Shown here piece by piece: positions 1-7,520 of a stretch of 8,483 bases of DNA. How positions within the stretch are numbered: the stretch's first letter is position 1; every line of letters starts with the position of its first letter. A program made the translations under genes and the position numbers. Location: the IMG/VR virus record IMGVR_UViG_2657245112_000024. The stretch is one strand, 5' to 3'. Below the pieces are notes generated by a model. That model was not told the origin of the DNA. It made no database searches and worked only from the letters and a program-made list of their open reading frames with translations. The DNA comes from a virus. Its lineage: Duplodnaviria > Heunggongvirae > Uroviricota > Caudoviricetes.

Positions 1-97
1 CTTCGTGTTGTGCCCGGTTTTATTTCACCACCTCCGGGCTTTGGTGGCCTCGGCTATACCCCTACAGCAAGAATATTGAATTAATCCAATAAATGGT

Positions 98-247
98 TTA
101 GCTGGTATTTTTGGCAAGCCAGCGACGTGCGCCAGCTTCGGTTTTAAACGATTTGCTTTTGGTATACGTCATGGCGGTGAATGTGCCGTCCTGATTGGGA
201 AACACGCCACATACCAGAGATTCGTTGTTGCCAAGATCGATAGTATC
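98..247 (-). CDS. Small hypothetical prophage protein (50 aa from the internal ATG; the ORF track extends it to 71 aa at 313)
   Basis: ORF on the minus strand downstream of the repressor gene. The internal ATG at 247 has a GAGG Shine-Dalgarno about 5 nt upstream; the longer 313 start has no obvious RBS. Size and position resemble the small gene that follows dicA in Qin-type prophages, but the sequence is not confidently recognised. Confidence 0.35.
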   Translation of the reverse strand, partial: DTIDLGNNESLVCGVFPNQDGTFTAMTYTKSKSFKTEAGARRWLAKNTS

Positions 248-501
248 CATGTTGACCTCATTTCCCCTTAACGCCGGGTGGCGGAACGTTTTATCTACTG
301 CGCTTTGTATCAATCAACAACTGCCGTCATGTTCGTATGCCTCAGGCTGGCTACTTAGCCCTGTTCAGTGGCTGGATAACTCGAGGTATTGTCCTGCCGT
401 TCTCTGGTGGGGCGTTGTTTGGATATGCTTATTAAACACAATACGTTTTCTTGCGTCAACACGAAATGTGTTTTATGGTGGGTGTCATATGATGATGGTA
501 C

Positions 502-526
502 AAAAAAAGCCCGCTGATAGCGGGCT
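502..526 (-). terminator. Rho-independent terminator downstream of the repressor gene
   Basis: Plus strand shows A7 (502-508) then the perfect inverted repeat agcccgc-tgata-gcgggct (508-526). On the minus strand this is a GC-rich hairpin followed by a T7 tract, about 30 nt past the repressor stop at 557. Confidence 0.6.
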
Positions 527-556
527 GATTGGCATATTACTGTGATAGCAAGATCA

Positions 557-976
557 TTACTCCGGTGGGGGATTATCTTTAAGCCTGCCTCTCAAATATT
601 TTTCTACATACTCATCGATTTCTTTTAGCCGGACTTCAAATAGCTCAATCATTCGTTGTTGTTCTGAGCCCGGTAGCTGGTTAAACAACTCAAGAAGTTT
701 TCGTTGGGATTCATTTAACCACAATTCAGAAGATTCCTGTTCTCCAAAGAGGAGCTCAGGAGGAGATATGCCAAGTGCCTTTCCCAATACGACAGCGTCA
801 TGCACTCCAACATTTCTGCTGCCCGCCTCATAGTTACCTATACGCGATTGCGTCCATCCGCAGATTTCAGCAAGTTTTCCTTGAGATAAACCAAGCTTCT
901 GCCTGCGCTCTTTAAGACGCATTGCAATTTTGTCATTGAGCCTACTAGCGGCAATTTTTTCGTTTTCTTTTTCCAT
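557..976 (-). CDS. Prophage repressor, XRE-family HTH (DicA/cI-like, no S24 peptidase domain)
   Basis: 139 aa. N-terminal HTH_XRE signature (RQKLGLSQGKLAEICGWTQSRIGNYEAG) and C-terminal LLELFNQLPGSEQ motif like DicA-type repressors. AAGGA RBS 4 nt before the ATG. Divergent from a Cro-like gene. Confidence 0.85.
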   Translation of the reverse strand: MEKENEKIAASRLNDKIAMRLKERRQKLGLSQGKLAEICGWTQSRIGNYEAGSRNVGVHDAVVLGKALGISPPELLFGEQESSELWLNESQRKLLELFNQLPGSEQQRMIELFEVRLKEIDEYVEKYLRGRLKDNPPPE

Positions 977-1072
977 TGCATCCTTGTATCACGAATCGTG
1001 ATTTACATAAAACACAAAACAGCTTGACCATATAACACAAGATGTGTTTAAAATTGTCATCGGAGGTTTTCA
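977..1072. promoter_or_regulatory. Divergent promoter/operator region of the lysogeny switch
   Basis: 96-bp intergenic region between divergent repressor and cro-like genes. Two perfect 15-bp palindromes: atcacgaatcgtgat (988-1002) and aacacaagatgtgtt (1034-1048). Candidate sigma70 -35 ttgacc (1024-1029) and -10-like tttaaa about 17 bp downstream, overlapping the second palindrome. GGAGG RBS at 1062-1066 for cro. Confidence 0.6.
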
Positions 1073-1315
1073 ATGAACAAAATTTCAACATATCGAAAAC
1101 AGCTTGGGCTGTCTCAAAGACAACTTGCTGTTCAGTTAGGGTGGATACAAAGCCGACTGGCAAATTACGAAGCAAATTTTCGTACCCCTGGACTAGAGGA
1201 GTGCAGAAAAATTGTTTCTACCCTTAATCGGCTTGGCGCTCATTGTGGACTTGACGATGTATTCCCCCCAGACGGTAAGCATAGCGAAAACAGCATAGGA
1301 GCGGTTGATTCATGA
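1073..1315 (+). CDS. Cro/DicC-like HTH transcriptional regulator
   Basis: 80 aa. HTH_XRE signature (RKQLGLSQRQLAVQLGWIQSRLANYEA) parallel to the repressor HTH. GGAGG RBS 6 nt upstream. Divergent from the repressor. Confidence 0.8.
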   Translation: MNKISTYRKQLGLSQRQLAVQLGWIQSRLANYEANFRTPGLEECRKIVSTLNRLGAHCGLDDVFPPDGKHSENSIGAVDS

Positions 1316-1734
1316 AAATCAGGCATGAGCACATCGAATCAGTGTTGTTAGCCCTGGCAGCCGAAAAAGGGCAGGCGTGGGTCGCTAACGCAATTACTGA
1401 AGAATATCTGCGCCAGGGGGGCGGCGAATTGCCCCTTGTACCAGGCAAGGACTGGAACAATCAGCAGAATATCTATCACCGTTGGTTGAAAGGTGAAACG
1501 AAAGCGCAAAGGGAAAAAATTCAGAAACTGATCCCTGCGGTTCTGGCAATTCTTCCGCGCGAGCTGCGTCACCGACTCTGCATCTTCGATACCTTGGAAC
1601 GCCGTGCATTACTGGCGGCGCAGGAAGCGTTGAGTACGGCAATTGATGCGCATGATGATGCAGTCCAGGCCGTTTACCGGAAAGCACATTTCAGCGGTGG
1701 TGGGTCGTCCGGCGATTCTGTCGTAGTGCATTGA
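1312..1734 (+). CDS. ydaT: YdaT-family protein (Rac prophage ydaT-like; reported as a CII-like regulator in related prophages, historically annotated as a putative toxin)
   Basis: 140 aa, matches my recollection of E. coli Rac YdaT (MKI.HEHIESVL.ALAAEKGQAWVANAITEEYLRQGGGELPL...). Start ATG overlaps the cro stop as ATGA at 1312-1315, indicating translational coupling. Confidence 0.7.
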   Translation: MKIRHEHIESVLLALAAEKGQAWVANAITEEYLRQGGGELPLVPGKDWNNQQNIYHRWLKGETKAQREKIQKLIPAVLAILPRELRHRLCIFDTLERRALLAAQEALSTAIDAHDDAVQAVYRKAHFSGGGSSGDSVVVH

Positions 1735-1778
1735 TTGAAATTAATCGTGCCGGATTGTTTTGTTCGGTATCAGTTAAA

Positions 1779-2220
1779 TGTAACGCTGCGAGCGTTACAA
1801 GGTGAAAACAAATGGCTTCAAACTGGATAAAGCTCGAGGTTATTACGCCGGATAAGCCGGAAATATTCAGGCTTGCTGAGATTCTGAATATTGATCCAGA
1901 TGCCGCATTAGGGAAGGTTATTCGCTTCTGGGCATGGGCGGATCAACAAATGATAGACGGTAATGCAGATTGTAACGCTCGCGGCGTTACAAAAAGTGCA
2001 ATAGATCGCATCACTTTTATGGCTGGTTTTGCTGATGCGTTAATTCAGGTTGGATGGCTGGTCGAAAATGACGGTGGGCTTTCTCTACCTAACTTTGAAC
2101 GTCATAACGGGAAAAGCTCTAAAAAACGGGCGGTTACAAACGAGCGAGTTACAAAAATACGCGAACTGAAACGAAAAGGTAACGCTGGCAGCGTTACACA
2201 AATGGATCAAAAAGCGTTAC
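1779..2220. repeat. Iteron-like inverted/direct repeats (putative phage origin, initiator-binding sites)
   Basis: Repeated GTAACGC...GCGTTAC palindromes: tgtaacgctgcgagcgttaca (1779-1799, perfect, 21 bp), tgtaacgc-tcgcg-gcgttaca (1971-1991), gtaacgctg-g-cagcgttac (2179-2197). Additional half-sites GTTACAAA at 2133-2140 and 2149-2156 and agcgttac at 2213-2220. One copy lies just upstream of the initiator gene and the rest inside its 5' half, as for lambda ori within O. Confidence 0.55.
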
Positions 2221-2600
2221 CAGAGGAAGAGAAAGAGGAAGATATAAATACTGATCTCCCCCTAAATCCCCCTCGCCAAAAACGAGCGTCTAAAAAATTT
2301 GTGCCGGAGGCTATTGAGCTGCCCGATTGGTTGCCGGAAACACTCTGGCATGAGTGGGTCCGGTTCAGGCAGGCATTGCGAAAACCGATTCGAACGGAGC
2401 AGGGCGCTAACGGGGCGATACGGGAGCTGGAAAAATTCCGCCAGCAGGGTTTTACACCTGAGCAGGTGATTCGACACAGTATCGCCAATGAATACCAGGG
2501 CCTGTTCGCGCCGAAAGGTGTTCGGCCTGAGACGTTGCTCCGACAGGTTAACACCGTCTCGTTACCGGATAGTGCGATCCCGCCAGGCTTCAGGGGGTAA
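1812..2600 (+). CDS. Phage replication initiation protein (YdaU/DUF1376-like, with a C-terminal DnaT-like segment)
   Basis: 262 aa. Position immediately upstream of a DnaC-like loader. Contains the iteron cluster. C-terminal region (LPDWLPETLWHEWVRFRQALRKPIRTEQG) resembles the DnaT/primosomal C-terminal domain seen in phage initiators. AAGGTGA RBS. Confidence 0.65.
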   Translation: MASNWIKLEVITPDKPEIFRLAEILNIDPDAALGKVIRFWAWADQQMIDGNADCNARGVTKSAIDRITFMAGFADALIQVGWLVENDGGLSLPNFERHNGKSSKKRAVTNERVTKIRELKRKGNAGSVTQMDQKALPEEEKEEDINTDLPLNPPRQKRASKKFVPEAIELPDWLPETLWHEWVRFRQALRKPIRTEQGANGAIRELEKFRQQGFTPEQVIRHSIANEYQGLFAPKGVRPETLLRQVNTVSLPDSAIPPGFRG

Positions 2601-2606
2601 CTGACC

Positions 2607-3353
2607 ATGAAAAATATTGCGGCAGGCGGCGTTCTTGAACGTATCCGAAGACTGGCTCCGCCACATGTAACCGCCCCATTCAGAACGGTAGCGGAGTGGC
2701 ACGAGTGGCAACTTGCTGAAGGCCAGAAACGTAGCGAGGAGATCAACCGCCTGAATCGCCAGTTGCGGGTGGAAAAAATTCTGAATCGCTCAGGCATCCA
2801 GCCGTTGCACCGTAAATGCTCGTTTGCGAATTACCAGGTGCAGAACGACGGTCAGCGATACGCGTTGAGCCAGGCGAAATCTATCGCTGATGAACTGATG
2901 ACCGGATGCACAAATTTCGCGTTTAGCGGAAAACCTGGTACCGGGAAGAACCACTTAGCAGCAGCTATCGGGAATCGCCTGCTGAAAGACGGTCAGACAG
3001 TGATTGTGGTTACCGTGGCTGATGTTATGAGTGCCCTCCACGCCAGCTATGACGATGGGCAGTCAGGCGAAAAATTTTTGCGGGAACTGTGCGAAGTGGA
3101 TCTGCTGGTTCTTGATGAAATTGGCATTCAGCGCGAGACGAAAAACGAGCAGGTGGTACTGCACCAGATTATTGATCGACGGACAGCGTCGATGCGTAGC
3201 GTGGGAATGCTGACAAACCTGAACTATGAGGCCATGAAAACATTGCTCGGCGAGCGGATTATGGATCGCATGACCATGAACGGCGGGCGATGGGTGAATT
3301 TTAACTGGGAGAGCTGGCGTCCGAATGTCGTCCAGCCAGGAATTGCGAAGTAA
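2607..3353 (+). CDS. DnaC/IstB-like replicative helicase loader ATPase
   Basis: 248 aa. Walker [16 protein letters not shown], Walker B LLVLDEIG, and sensor region typical of the DnaC family. Only 6 nt after the initiator stop, suggesting a shared operon. Confidence 0.85.
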   Translation: MKNIAAGGVLERIRRLAPPHVTAPFRTVAEWHEWQLAEGQKRSEEINRLNRQLRVEKILNRSGIQPLHRKCSFANYQVQNDGQRYALSQAKSIADELMTGCTNFAFSGKPGTGKNHLAAAIGNRLLKDGQTVIVVTVADVMSALHASYDDGQSGEKFLRELCEVDLLVLDEIGIQRETKNEQVVLHQIIDRRTASMRSVGMLTNLNYEAMKTLLGERIMDRMTMNGGRWVNFNWESWRPNVVQPGIAK

Positions 3354-3375
3354 TTTTTACCGGGAGAAAAATTTA

Positions 3376-4146
3376 ATGGAGACTGTTTTTGACGCACTGA
3401 AAGCAATGGGAAAAGCCACATCCATAGAACTTGCTGCGCGACTTGATATCAGTCGTGAAGAGATACTGAACGAGCTGTGGGAACTGAAAAGAAATGGCGT
3501 CGTTGATAAAACTGGTCACACCTGGTTTCTGGCTGGCGAAGGTGAATCCGGGGTAACCGAAGAGCAGCCAGCACAATCTGAAGTACCGGATGTGCTAACC
3601 GGGGGGGGCGAACAAAAAGTTACCGCTGACATGATGATTGAGTTTATCGGTCAGGAGGGGGCTAAAACGTGTGAGGAACTGGCGAGTAAGTTCGGTGTCA
3701 GCACTCGCAAGGTTGCTTCCACGCTGGCGGTAGTAACCGCAACGGGGCGGCTGGCACGCGTTAATCAGAACGGTAAATTTCGTTACTGCCTGCCGGACGG
3801 TAATTTACCAGCAGAGCCGAAAGTTGTATCGGTAGCGAAAACACCTGGTAAAGGCTTTCCTCAGCCAGCCGGTTTTGCGTTACCAGTACAGGACGCGGCA
3901 ACACAGGAAGAAATTAAAACAGAAACTGTGGCGGACCTTGTGCAGTCACTGCCATCGTTCACTGAAACGCGAGCGAATGGCCTGATTTTACCATCGCTGC
4001 ATATGGCAAACCGTGAACTGCGTCGGGCGAAAAGTCATGTCCAGAAGTGGGAGCGAGTCTGCGCCGCGCTGCGGGAGTTGAACAAGCACCGGGATATTGT
4101 TCGACAGATTTTCGATTCCTCCAGTCGTATTGTGTCGGAAAAGTGA
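3376..4146 (+). CDS. Hypothetical protein with two winged-helix-like segments
   Basis: ATG at 3376 preferred over the track start at 3325 (GGGAGA RBS 9 nt upstream; the 3325 start would overlap the DnaC-like gene). Two internally similar segments resembling wHTH DNA-binding domains ([28 protein letters not shown] and [29 protein letters not shown]). Confidence 0.55.
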   Translation: METVFDALKAMGKATSIELAARLDISREEILNELWELKRNGVVDKTGHTWFLAGEGESGVTEEQPAQSEVPDVLTGGGEQKVTADMMIEFIGQEGAKTCEELASKFGVSTRKVASTLAVVTATGRLARVNQNGKFRYCLPDGNLPAEPKVVSVAKTPGKGFPQPAGFALPVQDAATQEEIKTETVADLVQSLPSFTETRANGLILPSLHMANRELRRAKSHVQKWERVCAALRELNKHRDIVRQIFDSSSRIVSEK

Positions 4147-4161
4147 TTGCCGGAGGCACCT

Positions 4162-4593
4162 ATGGCAAAAGTATTTACACCAGAAGAGCGGGAAAAAATT
4201 AAAGGGCAGGTTGTTGAACTTGTACGTCTGAGCGGTCGCGAGACGTTACGGGCTCTGGAGGCTAAAACCGGTGCATCAAGGTATTACATAAGCACTCTCG
4301 CCAGAGAACTGGTCGCCAGTGGTGATGTTTACAATTCAGGCTACGGATTATTCCTGTCTGAGCAGGCCCGTAAGGACTGGCAAAACGCCCGCAAAAAACT
4401 ATCCAGGGCAAAGGTGAAAAAAACGGTTGTGGTTGATCCTGACCTTATCTGGTCATTACCAGACGGAGAAATACGCCGCTACGACAGGCGCCTGAATATA
4501 ATCTGTCGCGAGTGCCGGAAAAGCGAAGTTATGCAGCGTGTACTGGCATTTTACCAGAGTAATTTCAGGAGGTTGTCTGGTGAGCACGATTAA
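4162..4593 (+). CDS. Hypothetical protein with N-terminal HTH-like segment
   Basis: ATG at 4162 with GGAGG 5 nt upstream (the track start at 4147 is TTG). Follows the previous gene by 15 nt. HTH-like stretch ETLRALEAKTGASRYYISTLARELVASG. No recognisable catalytic motif. Confidence 0.5.
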   Translation: MAKVFTPEEREKIKGQVVELVRLSGRETLRALEAKTGASRYYISTLARELVASGDVYNSGYGLFLSEQARKDWQNARKKLSRAKVKKTVVVDPDLIWSLPDGEIRRYDRRLNIICRECRKSEVMQRVLAFYQSNFRRLSGEHD

Positions 4594-4618
4594 CTACTAG
4601 GGGGGATAACAATAAAAT

Positions 4619-4638
4619 AAAGCCTCCTAGGAGGCTTT
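4619..4638. terminator. Palindromic hairpin between convergent genes (putative bidirectional terminator)
   Basis: Perfect 20-bp palindrome aaagcctcctaggaggcttt between the plus-strand gene ending at 4593 and the minus-strand methyltransferase whose TAG stop (4627-4629) lies inside it. T-rich flanks on both strands. Confidence 0.5.
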
Positions 4639-5667
4639 GATTATATTAAGCAAATGTTTTCCAATCGTTTCAGACATCTTCGGAGGGACCGCATTTCCTA
4701 TTTGACGAGCCCGAGATTGCAAAGAACCAATAAATTTATAATCCAAAGGAAATGTTTGTAGACACGCTGCTTCACGAACAGATATTGCTCGATTTTGTGT
4801 TGGATGTCCAAAACGTCCATTTGAATAGCTAATACAACGAGTTGTTAGTCCGCTGGCTGGTTTGTCCCAACTCAAACGTCCATATACGTCTGTATGCCCT
4901 TTATGGTTACGATGGCATTCTAAAATCAATTCATCTGGCCAAAATTCTCGACTTCCACCTTCAGGAGTGCATTTTATTCTACGTAAATTAAGCTCTGATA
5001 AGCGTGCAGCTTCATGATCAGGAATACTATTATGCTTTTCTCCTGCTTCTATCTTCGGTAAATTAGCGATCCAGTCCTTTACTGTTGAATAGGGAGTATT
5101 TCCAACCCCATGTGTAGGAGAAGGCAATGCGACATAAAAATCCTTGGATGCAATGAGCACTAATCTTTCTCGCGTCTGTGGTACACCGTACCACGCAGCT
5201 GGCATTACTTTATAATCTACACTATATCCCTTTGATGAAAGCATTTCTAAAAACATCATGAATGTTCCTTCATTTTTGTTAAACTTTTGCATTCCTGGCA
5301 CGTTTTCAACAAAAATAAAATCAGGCATATAATGCTCTACAAAACGACTGAATTCCTTTAATAGATCTAATCGTGGATCATCATTTTTTTTATTTGAGTT
5401 TTGCTTAGAGTACGGTTGACAAGGCGCACATCCTGAAAAAAGAATGTAATCATTACGATGTTTTTTTACTAACTTGTTTATGGCATTGTTGTCGATTAAC
5501 CTAATGTCCGAGTTAATAAAAGCAGCTTGCGGGAAATTTGCACGAAATGAACTGGCTGCATCAACGTCGAAATCGAGGCCAAAAACAATATCCATTCCAG
5601 CTTGATGGAAACCTTGGCTGGTTCCACCACAACCGGAAAAGAAGTCAAACACTTTGATTTTTTTCAT
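4627..5667 (-). CDS. DNA (cytosine-5)-methyltransferase
   Basis: Complete C5-MTase motif set: I FDFFSGCGG (FxGxGG), IV GCAPCQPYS (PCQ), VI FVENVPG (ENV), VIII QTRERL, IX REAACLQTFPLDY, X GNAVPP. ATG at 5667 preferred (GAGGGA RBS 4 nt upstream). The track extends to a GTG at 5691 that overlaps the upstream gene's TAG stop by 1 nt. Confidence 0.9.
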   Translation of the reverse strand: MKKIKVFDFFSGCGGTSQGFHQAGMDIVFGLDFDVDAASSFRANFPQAAFINSDIRLIDNNAINKLVKKHRNDYILFSGCAPCQPYSKQNSNKKNDDPRLDLLKEFSRFVEHYMPDFIFVENVPGMQKFNKNEGTFMMFLEMLSSKGYSVDYKVMPAAWYGVPQTRERLVLIASKDFYVALPSPTHGVGNTPYSTVKDWIANLPKIEAGEKHNSIPDHEAARLSELNLRRIKCTPEGGSREFWPDELILECHRNHKGHTDVYGRLSWDKPASGLTTRCISYSNGRFGHPTQNRAISVREAACLQTFPLDYKFIGSLQSRARQIGNAVPPKMSETIGKHLLNIIKAS

Positions 5668-5690
5668 TTTTCCCTCTGCATCCAGAATCA

Positions 5691-7520
5691 CTACCTAATG
5701 ATACCACGGTCAAGAGCCTGAGTAATTATTTTTCTTATTTTTATAAATTCAGGCAATTCATTTTTAAGTCTTGCGGTCATCATTTTTTGGAGGCAAAAAA
5801 TTTCCTCTGCATTTACTTCTTCTTTATCATACAGGTGTTGCGCTAATAATCTTATTTGATTCTTATACAGCTCTGGATCATTAGAACTCCAGGTCTGTGA
5901 ATCAATTATTTCTTTTTCACTTGGCGTAATTGCCTTTTCAATGAGTAATTGTTCGGGAGTATCAAATGGTAAATACTGCACTTTATTGAATGCATACTCA
6001 AGCACTTGCCTTTTGAGTCTATTAGATTCTTGTTCATTTTTTTTGCCATTACTACCACTGGCATTGATAATTAACTCGCAACCATAATATTTGCACATTG
6101 TATTAACTAAATCAGCATCAGCAATTTCACTAATTCTTACTGGTTTTATTTTTTTGTTTTTATCACCATCAAGTAAAAACAAAATATCATTGCGTTCTAC
6201 CACAGCGTAACTGGGAAGATGCTTGCTTAAAATTGTCTCCGAACCACCTGGTATATAACTTACACTAAATGATAAACTTAATCTTTCATAATTTTTAATC
6301 GCTTTATCTATAATTGCTTTAGCTAATTTATCTTCTACAATTATTGTTTTCTTGTTAATATCATGCCCTAGCTCTATAAAAGCTTCATCCGGTGCTATAT
6401 TTTGAACTATTTTAGCTGTTTCACTCTCTTCATCAAAAACAAATAATTTAATAGCATCTTTGGGAAGAGTGTTCACAATAACAGGAGAATGGGTTGATAT
6501 TACCACTTGATGTTTTTTCTGCTCAACAATAGAGTACAGAACATCCATCATCCTTTTCTGTGCACCAGGGTGAAGTGAAACTTCTGGTTCGTCAAGAAGA
6601 ATTAATGAATTAGGTTTGGCCGAATAAATATTGAGTATTAGTGAAACTATTGCAAATTCACCACTTCCAGCAAAAGCTTCTGTATAGTTCAACTTATCAG
6701 TTGAAAGTAAAGCGGTTCCTCCTCTGGTTCCAAATAACCGATGCTCAAGAAATTTAATGACTTTATATTTTTTTCCTAATATAAATGAGACGTGCTCAAC
6801 TAGTTCTGGCGCCAAGGTTATATTTTTAACAATGGTTTCCGTCCCCCAAAGTCTTAAATTACTTAGCTTTTCATCAAAAGCTTTCTTTATATATTTAGAT
6901 TTGCTTCTGATATAGTCTTGCTTTGTAATTAATACACCACTCTTCTTCTTTCTTAATTTAAAATCAGAGTGATACATACATCTATCAAATGCACTTATTT
7001 CCGATCTGAAATCTAGGAAAATCAATCCCTTCTTGATTTTTTTCCATCTGGTTGCATTACTATTAGCACCCAGATCATCCGAAATACTCTCCATGTTATC
7101 ACCAACAGATGGTCGACTTGTTTCCCAATAATCGATTGTTTTCTTGGTAGCATTGATACGCGCTTGGAGTATTTCAACTAAACGGCCATCAGCATTTTTA
7201 TATCCATATATATATCTAGGCTTAAGAGAACTGCCATCAGCAAGTTTTAGGTCAGGAAACTCATCTGTTTCAGTTGTGAACCAATAACGAGTTATATTTT
7301 TACCATGTGGGCAACCAAATAGCGCTTTGATAACAGAACTTTTATTAGTTCCATTTTTTCCTACTAAAGCCGTTATAGGGAACTGAAAATCGATCCTTGC
7401 ATTCTGCTCTATATTTTTAAAGTATGGAAAACGGATATGTTGTATGAATGGTTCAAATTCACCGTTTTTTAACGCGCACTGGAGTGTTCGAATTTTGCTC
7501 TTGTATGCGGAAGTGCTCAT
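5691..7520 (-). CDS. OLD-family-like ABC ATPase with C-terminal Toprim-like nuclease signature
   Basis: 609 aa. N-terminal P-loop LVGKNGTNKSSV (atypical, N where the conserved G precedes K), Walker B/D-loop LILLDEPEVSLHP, H-loop VVISTHSP. C-terminal candidate Toprim motifs: conserved glutamate in TIIVEDKLAKAII and DxD in ILFLLDGDKNK. Very AT-rich. Immediately upstream of the C5-MTase in the same orientation. Confidence 0.75.
   Translation of the reverse strand: MSTSAYKSKIRTLQCALKNGEFEPFIQHIRFPYFKNIEQNARIDFQFPITALVGKNGTNKSSVIKALFGCPHGKNITRYWFTTETDEFPDLKLADGSSLKPRYIYGYKNADGRLVEILQARINATKKTIDYWETSRPSVGDNMESISDDLGANSNATRWKKIKKGLIFLDFRSEISAFDRCMYHSDFKLRKKKSGVLITKQDYIRSKSKYIKKAFDEKLSNLRLWGTETIVKNITLAPELVEHVSFILGKKYKVIKFLEHRLFGTRGGTALLSTDKLNYTEAFAGSGEFAIVSLILNIYSAKPNSLILLDEPEVSLHPGAQKRMMDVLYSIVEQKKHQVVISTHSPVIVNTLPKDAIKLFVFDEESETAKIVQNIAPDEAFIELGHDINKKTIIVEDKLAKAIIDKAIKNYERLSLSFSVSYIPGGSETILSKHLPSYAVVERNDILFLLDGDKNKKIKPVRISEIADADLVNTMCKYYGCELIINASGSNGKKNEQESNRLKRQVLEYAFNKVQYLPFDTPEQLLIEKAITPSEKEIIDSQTWSSNDPELYKNQIRLLAQHLYDKEEVNAEEIFCLQKMMTARLKNELPEFIKIRKIITQALDRGIIR

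Noticed and set aside
195-545. 116-aa plus-strand ORF from the track
   Set aside because: Overlaps the minus-strand small gene and the terminator hairpin. No RBS and no recognisable motifs, so likely a shadow ORF.
945-1687. Several overlapping short ORFs (945-1175 -, 1042-1227 +, 1224-1460 -, 1348-1572 -, 1394-1687 -)
   Set aside because: All overlap the better-supported repressor, cro-like and ydaT-like genes in alternative frames or antisense, and lack RBS or motifs.
2207-2797. 196-aa minus-strand ORF (and the nested 71-aa ORF at 2262-2477)
   Set aside because: Entirely antisense to the replication initiator and DnaC-like genes, which carry strong motifs and RBSs. Composition is typical of a GC-rich shadow frame.
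3031-4159. Short ORFs 3031-3213 +, 3224-3421 -, 3373-3576 - and 3959-4159 -
   Set aside because: Embedded in or antisense to the DnaC-like gene and the wHTH hypothetical gene, with no independent support.
5667-5691. GTG start at 5691 for the methyltransferase (track coordinates 4627-5691)
   Set aside because: The GTG overlaps the upstream TAG stop and has no RBS, whereas the ATG at 5667 has a GAGGGA Shine-Dalgarno 4 nt upstream and begins the conserved N-terminus just before motif I. The longer form cannot be excluded.
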